Source: an uncultured delta proteobacterium (GTDB lineage: Bacteria; Myxococcota_A; Polyangia; Haliangiales; Haliangiaceae). From it: a stretch of DNA of 64,000 nt. The DNA is taken from the NCBI GenBank assembly GCA_963743525.1, contig CAVUQH010000003.1, positions 512,001 to 576,000 on the forward strand, written 5' to 3'. Position 1 is the stretch's first letter, and every line of letters begins with the position of its first letter. Below, piece by piece: positions 31,665-41,216 of the stretch. The notes under the pieces were generated by a model. That model was not told the DNA's origin, did no database searches, and worked only from the letters and a program-made list of their open reading frames with translations. The position numbers were made by a program, and so were the translations under genes.

Positions 31665-33228
31665 CTGGACGTTGGTGGTGCTGAGCGCGCTGTGCGCCTG
31701 TGCGCCGGCGGATGACGGCGTGCGCGCATCGGCGATCATCGGCGGGCAACCGTCCACGGATGACCAGGCGGTGGTCGCTCTGGTCGAACGTGACGTGTCG
31801 TGTCAGCCGGGGCAACCGGCGCTGGTCTGCAGCGGCACGCTGGTCGCCTCGCGCGCGGTGGTCACCGCGGCCCACTGCTTCGAGTCGGTGCCGCCGCGGG
31901 GCATCGAGGTGGTGTTCGGCGACGACATCGGCGCCGGCGAACGCCGCCGCGCGCTGGGCGTCTTCGTCAATCCGATGTACGACGCCACTGCGCGCACCGA
32001 CGACATCGCCGTCCTGTCGCTGGCCAGCGACGCGCCCGCGGCGGTGGTGCCGGCGCCGATGCGCCAGGAGCCGCTGGAGCCGTACGCCGACGCCGCCACC
32101 CGCATCGTCGGATTCGGCGAGGACGACGCCGGGACGGCCGGGATCAAGCGCGAGGGAACCAGCCGCATCAGTCAGATCGACCCGACCGAGATCCGCATCG
32201 CGCCGGCGCCGGCGATGAGCTGCCGCGGCGACTCGGGCGGTCCGGTGTTCGCCGACCTCGGCCTCGGCGAGGAGCTGATCGCCGCCACCGCCTGGGGTGA
32301 TCCTGCGTGCGAGAGCTTCGGCGTGGCTCCGCGCATCGACGCCAACATGGCGCTGCTCATCCAGCCGGCGCTCGACGAGGCGGGACGAGATCCGCCGGCG
32401 CGGCCAGCCCTCGACCCGGACACCGATTTTTGCGCGGCCGGCTGTCGCGACGACCTCGACTGCCCGGACGGCTTTGCCTGCGTCGAGCGACTGGACGAGA
32501 CCACCGCGTGCGCCCTCGCCGGCCTGCCGCCCGGCAACTTCGCCGGCGACTGCGACGCCGACGTCAACGGCTGCCAGTGCGTCGATGTCGACGGCTCCGG
32601 CTGCCGCTGCTTCCAGCCCTGCGACGACCTCGAGCCGGCGCCGAGCGACCCGGGTTGCTGCGCGGCCGGCCCGCTGTCCGGCGGCACGGCGGCGCTGTCG
32701 GTGCTGGTGATGGCGCTGTTGTTCGGGCGGCCGCGGCGCCGGATCAGTTCGCCGCGGCCATCCACACCGCCTGCTCGACGCAGGGCATCGACTCGCCGCG
32801 CGTCCTTGCTTCGGCGAACAGGCACTGGTCGGACGACAGCGAATCGTCCTGCTCCTGGTACAGCCACTCGTCGATGCGAAGGTTGCCGTCGTCGTCCATG
32901 CTCAGCGCGCGCACGCGGAAGCCGAGCACGCAGGGCGGCTGGACGGCACTGGCGATCGTGGTCAGCCAGTCGCCGTCGACCTGCCCGAACGAGCGGTACA
33001 GGTCGTACACGTCCGAGCACGACCCGGGCGCGGTGCACTCGTAGTAGGCCACCAGGGTTCCGCCTGCATCCGCGGCGACGTCGTCGAGGTGAAAGTAGTG
33101 GTCCCGGTCGTCAACCTGGCCTGGCGTCAGCTGCCCCGTACAGGCGCCGCTCTGGCGGTCAACCGAAAGCATCTCGTAATCACCGGCAAACCCGCTGCCG
33201 CCGTCCTGGCAGGCGGCGCAGGTCGTGA
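31651..33228 (+). CDS. S1 (trypsin-like) serine protease with Cys-rich region and MYXO-CTERM-like tail; functional end probably near 32745
   Basis: IIGG, CSGTL, TAAHC, DIAVL, GDSGGP; GCC-TM-RPRRR tail, after which the frame runs on antisense to the next gene. Confidence 0.85.
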   Translation: MVRSSWTLVVLSALCACAPADDGVRASAIIGGQPSTDDQAVVALVERDVSCQPGQPALVCSGTLVASRAVVTAAHCFESVPPRGIEVVFGDDIGAGERRRALGVFVNPMYDATARTDDIAVLSLASDAPAAVVPAPMRQEPLEPYADAATRIVGFGEDDAGTAGIKREGTSRISQIDPTEIRIAPAPAMSCRGDSGGPVFADLGLGEELIAATAWGDPACESFGVAPRIDANMALLIQPALDEAGRDPPARPALDPDTDFCAAGCRDDLDCPDGFACVERLDETTACALAGLPPGNFAGDCDADVNGCQCVDVDGSGCRCFQPCDDLEPAPSDPGCCAAGPLSGGTAALSVLVMALLFGRPRRRISSPRPSTPPARRRASTRRASLLRRTGTGRTTANRPAPGTATRRCEGCRRRPCSARARGSRARRAAGRHWRSWSASRRRPARTSGTGRTRPSTTRARCTRSRPPGFRLHPRRRRRGESSGPGRQPGLASAAPYRRRSGGQPKASRNHRQTRCRRPGRRRRS

Positions 33229-33268
33229 GGAGAACGGTCATGATCAGTTGGCGCGCCTCTACCCTCAT
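32744..33268 (-). CDS. Hypothetical lipoprotein (start 33268 or 33241)
   Basis: LTTCAAC lipobox-like; six Cys in the mature region; GC3-rich codons. Confidence 0.65.
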   Translation of the reverse strand: MRVEARQLIMTVLLTTCAACQDGGSGFAGDYEMLSVDRQSGACTGQLTPGQVDDRDHYFHLDDVAADAGGTLVAYYECTAPGSCSDVYDLYRSFGQVDGDWLTTIASAVQPPCVLGFRVRALSMDDDGNLRIDEWLYQEQDDSLSSDQCLFAEARTRGESMPCVEQAVWMAAAN

Positions 33269-33629
33269 CGTCCCCGCTGTCAGTCTAGCGGTCGCTGGCG
33301 CCTGCAACAACGGTGGCGATCGGGGCGACGTGCCGCTCGGCCCTGCGCCGACGATCACCCGGGTCGAACCCAACCAGGCCAGCGCGCTCGGCGGCACGAT
33401 CCTGTACATCGTCGGCGACGGATTCGATCCCAAGAAGCCGGTCGAGGTCTGGTTCGGTGACGCGAAGGCCGAGCGCGCAGCCGTGATCACCACCTCGCGA
33501 GTGCAGGTGGAGGTTCCCGCGGGCAAGCCCGATGTCGCGGTCCCGGTGCGGCTACGGCAACCGGGCCGCGCGGAGGCGCGGGCCCCCGAGCGGTTCGACT
33601 ACTTCACGTCCGCCGAGCACGAGGAGTAG
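33240..33629 (+). CDS. IPT/TIG domain lipoprotein
   Basis: AGAC lipobox; PTITRVEP..ASALGGT.LYIVGDGF...VWFG...VPAG...FDY. Confidence 0.8.
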   Translation: MISWRASTLIVPAVSLAVAGACNNGGDRGDVPLGPAPTITRVEPNQASALGGTILYIVGDGFDPKKPVEVWFGDAKAERAAVITTSRVQVEVPAGKPDVAVPVRLRQPGRAEARAPERFDYFTSAEHEE

Positions 33630-33662
33630 CCGCCCACGCCAGTGCCGGCACGCGGTTGCCAT

Positions 33663-33794
33663 CGCCGGGCTACGCGTCGCTGTCGGCGCTCGCGTCGGCT
33701 GTCTTCTGCTCGTCGATGCCGCGCTCACGCCGGGCTACGCGTCGCTGTCGGCGCTCGCGTCGGCTGTCTTCTGCTCGTCGATGCCGCGCTCACG
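33663..33794. repeat. Exact 65-bp tandem duplication (2 copies)
   Basis: CGCCGGGCTACGCGTCG...GCCGCGCTCA at 33663 and 33728. Confidence 0.95.
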
Positions 33795-33911
33795 GCGCGG
33801 CGCGGGCACGGCTCACGTGGAGACGCCGAGTCGGGGCAGCAGCCAGTACTGCAGGGCGAGCCAGCCGCCGATGACTCCGACGTACAACAGGAGATCGTGC
33901 ATGCCGTGCAT
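33735..33911 (-). CDS. Small membrane protein, candidate selenoprotein (in-frame TGA at 33813-33815)
   Basis: MHGMHDLLLYVGVIGGWLALQYWLLPRLGVST-TGA-AVPAPRRERGIDEQKTADASADSDA-TAG; GC3-rich codons on both sides of the TGA. Confidence 0.65.
33783..33801 (-). promoter_or_regulatory. Putative bacterial SECIS hairpin
   Basis: GCCGCGC-CGUGA-GCGCGGC starting 11 nt after the UGA; loop GU at +23/+24. Confidence 0.6.
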
Positions 33912-33984
33912 GTAACCCCCGATCGGCCGCGGCGCAAGCGCTCACGGGCCGGGCCGCGGGGGCCAGCAGCTCATTCCGGGTTGG

Positions 33985-35505
33985 CTACTGCAACACGCAG
34001 GTCTGGAACTCGGTGGTGCCGGCGCAGGTGAGGCCCGGGCAGCACGGGCTTGCCGCGTTGCAGGTCTCGCCGATCTGTCCCAGCGTGCAGCCGCCGCAGT
34101 CGGTCTGGCAGGTCAGGTTGCCGCTGCCGTCGTCCTGGCAGCAGCCGTTGCAGCAGTCGGCGCTGGTGGTGCAGGAGTTGCCCGTGGCGACGCAGCCCGG
34201 GTTGCAGACCAGGTTGCCGTTGGCGTCGGGCGCGCAGACGCCGCTGCAGCAGACGTCGCCGAAGGCGCAGCTGTTGCCGTCGGCAACGCAGCAGATGTTG
34301 CTGCCGGACGGGCCGGGCTCACAGGTCACATTGAAGCTGTCGGTGCAGCAGTCGGAGACATCGGTGCACGCGTCGCCGGGGAGGACGCAGCCGACGGTGC
34401 CGCCGAGGCAACGGTTGACGCCCGAGTTGGCCGGCTCGCAGCCGGTGTCGCCGCCGCCGTTGGGGCAGCAGTTGGCGCTGGCGCCGGTGAAGCAGACCTC
34501 GCCCGGGGCCAGGCAGCTGGTGGCGTTGTCGCAGCGCATGATGTCGCGGCCGTCGGAGGTGGTGCCGTTGGCCACGCAGCTGCCGGAGCAGCACTGGCTG
34601 TCGTCGCTGCAGATCTCGTTGATCGGCAAGCAGCCGCCGAGATAGGTGCAGGTGGCCACGCCGGAGCCGTTGTCGACGCAGGCGTTGGAGCAGCAGGCGC
34701 TGGATACGCCGGGGTTGCCACACGGCTCGCCGACGACGCCGCACGAGCCGACGCTGGCGCAGTGGCCGACAGTGACGCCGCCCGGGCGGTCGCAGTAGTC
34801 GTTGCAGCACTGGTTGTCGTCGGTGCACAGCTCGCCCTGGGCACGGCAGTTGTTCACCTGACCGCAGCGGCAGTCGCTGTCACCGGAGCCGCAGGCCTCG
34901 CCGGCGGCGTTGGCGCAGAAGTCGCTGCAGCAGCCGTTGCCGCTGGTGCACGCCTCGCCGATCGGATCGCAGTTGGCGGTAGAGCCCGAGCAGGTGGTGC
35001 CGCCGCAGTTGTTGGAGCAGCAGTCGCTGTCGCCGGTGCAGTCGCCGCCGACGATGTTGCACGCGCCCGCGGCGTCGCCGCAGGTGCCGCCGTCGCAGTT
35101 GAGCGAACAGCACTCGCTGTTGAGATTGCAGGTTTGGCCGCTGTCCAGGCACAGGCCGACGACGCACTCCTTGGCGCTGCCACCGGCCGGCACCCGGCAC
35201 TGGTTGCCGGCGCAGCACTCGGTCGAGCTGGTACAGGTGGTGCCGGTGGTCAGGCAGCCGGGCGCCTGCTCGCAGGTGCCGCCGACGCATAGACCCGAGC
35301 AGCAGTCGCTGTTGCCGTTGGGGCAGGCGTTGCCGTTGTCGATGCAGCCGGCGTCGATGCCGGGGCCGCCGTCGGTGACGCTGGCGTCGTTGCCGACGCC
35401 GCCGTCGCCATTGCCCTTGTTGCTACCGCCGCAGTTGGCGATGAAGGCGGTGAACAGACCGATCGCCACAACGGCGACCACGACGCGCATCGACGAGTTC
35501 TTCAT
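33985..35505 (-). CDS. Cys-rich repeat lipoprotein (knottin/Dickkopf-like CxxxGxxCxxxxxCCxxxC repeats)
   Basis: RBS; IANC lipobox; about a dozen tandem repeats with CC pairs. Confidence 0.85.
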   Translation of the reverse strand: MKNSSMRVVVAVVAIGLFTAFIANCGGSNKGNGDGGVGNDASVTDGGPGIDAGCIDNGNACPNGNSDCCSGLCVGGTCEQAPGCLTTGTTCTSSTECCAGNQCRVPAGGSAKECVVGLCLDSGQTCNLNSECCSLNCDGGTCGDAAGACNIVGGDCTGDSDCCSNNCGGTTCSGSTANCDPIGEACTSGNGCCSDFCANAAGEACGSGDSDCRCGQVNNCRAQGELCTDDNQCCNDYCDRPGGVTVGHCASVGSCGVVGEPCGNPGVSSACCSNACVDNGSGVATCTYLGGCLPINEICSDDSQCCSGSCVANGTTSDGRDIMRCDNATSCLAPGEVCFTGASANCCPNGGGDTGCEPANSGVNRCLGGTVGCVLPGDACTDVSDCCTDSFNVTCEPGPSGSNICCVADGNSCAFGDVCCSGVCAPDANGNLVCNPGCVATGNSCTTSADCCNGCCQDDGSGNLTCQTDCGGCTLGQIGETCNAASPCCPGLTCAGTTEFQTCVLQ

Positions 35506-35648
35506 GGCTCCCCCCGGAGTTGCGTCGAACAGTACCGCCAATCGGGGGTGATGGGCCAGGAACTGGCGATGGGCGACCCCTCCGTACATTGGTGTCGGTT
35601 GTCGGCGGCAAATGGATCGTCGGTGCCAATCGCGCGTTTGATGAGGCG

Positions 35649-36176
35649 ATGAGGATGATGACCGTGATGTGCGCCGCCGCAGTGTCCGTTCTTTGCGCGG
35701 TGCCGGCGCGGGCGGCAAAGTCGGGGCCGCGGGTCGATTCCGGTTTCGGTCCGGCGGTCCACGGCCTGCGCCTGGCGGTCGCGATCGATCAGGATGGCAA
35801 CACCGCTCGCTTCCGCGTGCGCAACGACGGCCGCAAGACGGTTACCTTCGCCGGGCGAATGAGCTGCTCGGGCTACAGCAGCTTCTGGCTGCAGGCCGGC
35901 GCCAGCGACAAGAAGCTGGGCACGCTGTGGGCCTACGAGCCGCAGCGGTCGGGGCTGACCACCCATCCGTTGCGCACGGTCTGCACGCGCAACGGTCCGG
36001 TCGCGCTGATCACCGTGAAGCCGGCCGAGACCGCCGAGATCGCGGTGCCGGTGGCCAGGGGCGAAGCGGTCGCCGGCGGCAGCGAGCGCTTCGTCCAGGG
36101 GCACGCGGCGCTGTGGCTCGAGGATGCGCACATGTCCCGAGTCGAGCTGGCCAGCGTCGTCGGCACGCGCCGCTAG
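35649..36176 (+). CDS. Hypothetical secreted protein
   Basis: Signal peptide ending ARA; GPAVHGLRLAV beta-sandwich-like domain; CTRN. Confidence 0.65.
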   Translation: MRMMTVMCAAAVSVLCAVPARAAKSGPRVDSGFGPAVHGLRLAVAIDQDGNTARFRVRNDGRKTVTFAGRMSCSGYSSFWLQAGASDKKLGTLWAYEPQRSGLTTHPLRTVCTRNGPVALITVKPAETAEIAVPVARGEAVAGGSERFVQGHAALWLEDAHMSRVELASVVGTRR

Positions 36177-36523
36177 TCGGGCGCGCGCGGCTGCAGCACC
36201 ATGCGCGGGGCGCGCGCACGAGGCCGGTCGGTGACGGCGCAGCGCTCGGTCGTCGGCGTGACCAGGGTGTCGTCGCCCTGGTCTTCGAAGTGGAGCTGCA
36301 AGCGCATCAGCCACGCGCCGTCGACCACGCGACCGGTCACCTGGAAATGATCGACGCACTGCCTGGCGACCTCGCCGGCGACGCGGACCTCGAGGCAGGC
36401 GGTCCGCGGGTCGAACCTGAGCTGCCCGGCGGCGACCGCCGGGTGCGACGGCGCGGCCGCGCGCCCCGCGCAGCCGGCGAGGGCGCAGATGGCCAGCGCG
36501 CACGGTGCCCGGAGCCGCCTCAC
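36173..36523 (-). CDS. Small hypothetical lipoprotein
   Basis: LAGC lipobox; stop overlaps the convergent gene. Confidence 0.5.
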   Translation of the reverse strand: MRRLRAPCALAICALAGCAGRAAAPSHPAVAAGQLRFDPRTACLEVRVAGEVARQCVDHFQVTGRVVDGAWLMRLQLHFEDQGDDTLVTPTTERCAVTDRPRARAPRMVLQPRAPD

Positions 36524-36651
36524 GTCGTTACGACGCGGCGCCGGCGCTCCGGGTTGCAGCGCGCCGCCGTGATCGCGAACCGCGCGAAGCGCCGGCTAGC
36601 GGCTGCGATCCGATCTCAGACAACCGCGGCGCCGCGCCGGTTCCGCGAAAG

Positions 36652-37418
<767 letters not shown>

Positions 37419-37422
<4 letters not shown>

Positions 37423-38043
37423 CTCGTGAGTCTCCTTTCGCGCGCGTGATGGCGGGCGACGGCGGCTTCGAACGCCTGGCGAGCAGCGCGCAGGCGCGAG
37501 TAGATCGTGTTGGGATTGACCGCGATGGCGTCGGCGATCTCGGGTACCGACATCTGCTCGAGCTCGGCCAGCACGAACACCTCGCGTTTGTCGTCGTCGA
37601 GACCGTCGAGGATCTCGTGCAGCACCCGGGCGGCCTCGGCGCGGACGACCTCGTCCCGCGGGCTGCGGCCGTGCGGGTCGGGCAGGCTCTCGTTCATCGG
37701 CTCGCCGCGGTCCTTGCGCTGGGCGCGGCGGCGATGGTCGCGCGCGACCCGGCGGGCGATGCCGAACAGCCAGCTCTTGAGCGTCGACCGGCCCTCGAAC
37801 TCGGCCAGCCGGCGGTGGACGACGATGAAGACGTCCTGCACGGCGTCGTCGACCGATCGCGTCGGTACGCCCAGACGCCGGCAGGTCCGCCAGACGAAGG
37901 CAAAGTGACGCGTCGTAGACCTCGGAGAACGAGTACGCGGTCCCCGGGGGATGGGGCGCCTGCGCCACCGGCTCGGGCGCCGGCGTGAGGTCGTGGGCGG
38001 TCACTGCCACATGATCGTCGTGGCCGTCGGAGGCGGCATCCAT
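37419..38043 (-). CDS. ECF sigma factor (apparent +1 frameshift near 37908)
   Basis: Removing one base gives FSEVYD.HFAFVWRTCRRLGV...VDDAVQDVF; SWLFGIARR; region 4 NTIYSRLRAAR. Confidence 0.88.
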
Positions 38044-39035
38044 TACGGAAACGTCACCTCGAGACCCGCTGACGCCCGTCCGGCGACCCAGGCAGGGGTG
38101 TGCACGATGTCGGGAGTGCCCCCGGTCACGTCGAACTCGAACTGCGGACGCTCCAGCGGGCGCCCCACCAGCTCGACATCTGCGCGGAATCGCCAGTGAT
38201 TCGCCAGCGGCACGGCGAGCGATGGGCCGCCACCCACCGACGGCCAGACCCAGTCGTTGGCCATGTTGGAGAAGCCGCCGAATCCGCGCGCCCGCGTGCG
38301 CGACAGCTCGCCGAACAGGCAGCCGCCCAGCGACACCCGTCGCCCCGGCAGGTCGTAGCATCCGCGCAGGCCGCCGACCATGGTGAACAGCTCGGCGCCG
38401 TCGTCGGGGGCGCCATCGACGTGGGCCGCCTGCTCGAACCAGTAGGCGGCGTAGGCCTCGATGCGCCACCGGCTCAGCCGTGCGCCCAGCGCCAGGCCGA
38501 CGCCCGGCCCCGCGCCCGGCATCGAGCCGACGTCGCCGGCGACCAGCGCGCGCAGCGCCAGGTCAACCCCGCGCTCGCGCGGCGCCGGTGCGGCGGTGGT
38601 CACCGTCGGGGGCGGCAAGCGCTCGCTGTCGATCACCGCCTCGGGTGGGCGCTCGCTGTCGCCGGTCGAGCCTTCCGGGGCGATCGCCAGCGCCAGCGCC
38701 AGCGCCGCGGTCTCGGCCAACACTGCGCAGTCGCGTCCCTGCAGGGTGCGCTCGCCGCTGCCGGCGCGCGAGGTCGTGTGGATGGTCAGGGTGTAGCGCC
38801 GCCCGGTTTGCTCGACGCGCACCTCGATGTGCAGCGGCTCGGCCGCGCGCGCGCCGCCCAGCTTGGCCGTGAGCATGGCGTCGAACGCCGCCTCGTCGGG
38901 GCATTCCTCCGGGGCGTCCCAGGCAATGAACGGACGCCCGTCGCCGGCTCGGGGCGCGCGAGCATCGCCGCCCGGTTGAGCCGCGGCCGGTCCGATCGGC
39001 AGCGCGAGCGCCAGCGCCACCGCGATGGTCAGCAT
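38043..39035 (-). CDS. Secreted protein with C-terminal outer-membrane beta-barrel-like domain
   Basis: Signal peptide; WDAPEECP...RTLQGRDC domain; alternating beta strands ending GLEVTFP; TAATG coupling to the ECF gene. Confidence 0.7.
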   Translation of the reverse strand: MLTIAVALALALPIGPAAAQPGGDARAPRAGDGRPFIAWDAPEECPDEAAFDAMLTAKLGGARAAEPLHIEVRVEQTGRRYTLTIHTTSRAGSGERTLQGRDCAVLAETAALALALAIAPEGSTGDSERPPEAVIDSERLPPPTVTTAAPAPRERGVDLALRALVAGDVGSMPGAGPGVGLALGARLSRWRIEAYAAYWFEQAAHVDGAPDDGAELFTMVGGLRGCYDLPGRRVSLGGCLFGELSRTRARGFGGFSNMANDWVWPSVGGGPSLAVPLANHWRFRADVELVGRPLERPQFEFDVTGGTPDIVHTPAWVAGRASAGLEVTFP

Positions 39036-39133
39036 GCGGGGCAGAATCAGACTGTAGCACGCGGCACATGCTGCGCTCGTACAGCTGTTCACTGCTCGGG
39101 CTGGCCCCGGCGCGGGGCTATACTCGCGGCGGT

Positions 39134-41206
39134 ATGCGCATCGGGCTCGTGGCGGCGTTGGCGTTGTGCGGCTGTGCGGGGGGCGGCCTCAGCGGCGACG
39201 CCGGCCTGCCCGCCGACGGCGGCCCGAGCAGCGACGCCTTCGACCTGCCCGACGCCCATCCCGGCGGCCTGGCGATCCAGTTCATCGACCCGGACCACGG
39301 CCCCTACAGCGGCGGCACCGCGGTGCAGATCCGCGGCAGCGGCTTTCGCGACGGCGCCGTCGTCCGCGTCGGCGGCCGGCAGGTCGAGCCCAACGACCTG
39401 CAGGTGATCGACAGCCGGCGGATCAGCATTGCCACTCCGCCGGGCGATCCGGGCCCGGCCGACGTCGAGGTGCAGATCGGCAGCGACCTCGCCACCCTGC
39501 CCGGCGCCTTCACCTACGAGGCGATGACCATCTCGCCCGCGTCCGGCTCGGTCGCCGGCGGCACCTACGTGACCCTCAGCGGCTTCGCCACCGACTGGGA
39601 CTCGACCACCACCGTCACCTTCGACGGCGTGCCGATGGCGTCGCCGCAGGTGCTCAACCAGACCACCATCGTCGGCTACACGCCGCCGGGCACCGCCGGC
39701 ACCGCCGACATCCGCGCCATCACCGGGACGACCACCGAAGAGGCCAGGCGCGCGTACACCTACCTGACCACCGTCGATCCGTTCGCCGGCGGCATGGGCG
39801 GCGGGCCGATGAACGGCACCCTCAACGTGGTCGTGGTCAACAACAACACCGGCGACGGCGTGGCCAACGCCTTCGTCGCCGTCGGCGATCCGGCGACCAC
39901 GCCGTTCAAGGGCCGCACCGATGCGCTCGGGCAGATCACCTTCAGCGATCCGGCGCTGACCGGCCGGCAGGATCTGGTCGCCGCCGCGGTCGGCTACGAG
40001 GTGGCGATGTTCGTCGAGTTCGACGCTCGCGACATCACCATCTTCCTGCGCCAGCCGCCGCCGCCGCCGATGGGACCAATTCCGCCGGCGCCGCAGATCG
40101 GCCACATCTTCGGCCACATCCTGTTCGGCGACACGGTGTCCCTGGGCTCGCCGCTGTGGGATCTGGTGCCCGAGCCGCGCACGCCGACCGAGCGCAAGCG
40201 CGCCTTCGTCACCACCACCTCGCCCAGCATGTTCTCCACCAGCTACGCGCCCAGCGGCTGGATCGACTACCACTACGACGCCAACGTCACCGCCTGGGAG
40301 TTCGACATCTGGGCGCGGCCGTCGGCGCTGGCGGTGGTCGCGGTCGCCGGCTTGTACGATTCGGCCAAAGATCCGTCGGGCAGCGGCGTCTCCGGCTTCG
40401 AGCCGTTTGCCATGGGCGTGTCGCGCGGCATCCTGGTCGGCCCCGGCGAAGACGTCGTCGGCGTCAACGTGGTCGTCAACACGCCGCTCGACACCGCGGT
40501 GGGCGTGAACCTCGACCATCCGCCGCTGCTCGACTCGCCCGGCTGGGACGGCCCCGACAACTACACCATCCGCCCGTTCGTCGACTTCGGCGGCGAGGGG
40601 ATGATCCACATGAACCTGAACGGCCTGCCGATTCCGCCGGCGCCGGAGCGGCCGCCCAACATCTACCCGTTCCTGCCCGGCACCCAGTCGATTCTCCTGC
40701 CGGCGATGGCGCCGCTGATCGGCCGGCTGTCGGACGGCTCGTACGGCTTCATCGCCGGCGCCTACACCGGCAACGGCGGCGCGCCCTACTCGGTGCGGGT
40801 CGCCCGCGGCTACGACGACGTCACCGCGCCGGTGACCATCGGCGACTTCCTGCCGATGCCGCGGCCCAAGGATCCGCGCCCCGACGGCACGGCGTCGCGC
40901 GATCACCTGGAGCTGTCGATGGAGGGCGACGTCACCGGCGAGCCGACCTTCTTCGTCCACCTGCTGTCCAACGGCAACGGCGACCAGCTCTACCGCATCC
41001 TCGCCCGCGGCGACGCCCTCGACATCGACATCCCCGATCTCACCGCCGAGGGGATGCCGCCACTGCCCGGCGGCGAGGACATCTCGTGGACCTTCTACGA
41101 GCTGCAGGTACCGGGCGCGACCTTCGACCAGTTCACCTATCGCCAGCTGTCGGCGCTCTACTGGAGCGCGTACGCCGCCGACTCCTGCTGGGTGCAGTTC
41201 CCCTAG
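39134..41206 (+). CDS. IPT/TIG domain-containing lipoprotein
   Basis: LCGC lipobox; two IPT repeats (PDHGPYSGGT, PASGSVAGGT); carboxypeptidase-regulatory-like domain. Confidence 0.85.
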   Translation: MRIGLVAALALCGCAGGGLSGDAGLPADGGPSSDAFDLPDAHPGGLAIQFIDPDHGPYSGGTAVQIRGSGFRDGAVVRVGGRQVEPNDLQVIDSRRISIATPPGDPGPADVEVQIGSDLATLPGAFTYEAMTISPASGSVAGGTYVTLSGFATDWDSTTTVTFDGVPMASPQVLNQTTIVGYTPPGTAGTADIRAITGTTTEEARRAYTYLTTVDPFAGGMGGGPMNGTLNVVVVNNNTGDGVANAFVAVGDPATTPFKGRTDALGQITFSDPALTGRQDLVAAAVGYEVAMFVEFDARDITIFLRQPPPPPMGPIPPAPQIGHIFGHILFGDTVSLGSPLWDLVPEPRTPTERKRAFVTTTSPSMFSTSYAPSGWIDYHYDANVTAWEFDIWARPSALAVVAVAGLYDSAKDPSGSGVSGFEPFAMGVSRGILVGPGEDVVGVNVVVNTPLDTAVGVNLDHPPLLDSPGWDGPDNYTIRPFVDFGGEGMIHMNLNGLPIPPAPERPPNIYPFLPGTQSILLPAMAPLIGRLSDGSYGFIAGAYTGNGGAPYSVRVARGYDDVTAPVTIGDFLPMPRPKDPRPDGTASRDHLELSMEGDVTGEPTFFVHLLSNGNGDQLYRILARGDALDIDIPDLTAEGMPPLPGGEDISWTFYELQVPGATFDQFTYRQLSALYWSAYAADSCWVQFP

Positions 41207-41216
41207 CGCGGCGCGA

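Noticed and set aside
33663..33794. Possible CRISPR array
   Set aside because: Two abutting 65-bp copies with no spacers and no cas genes.
35613..35628. Sigma54-like TGGCAC upstream of the Cys-rich lipoprotein (minus strand)
   Set aside because: The -12 position reads ATCCA and lacks the conserved GC.
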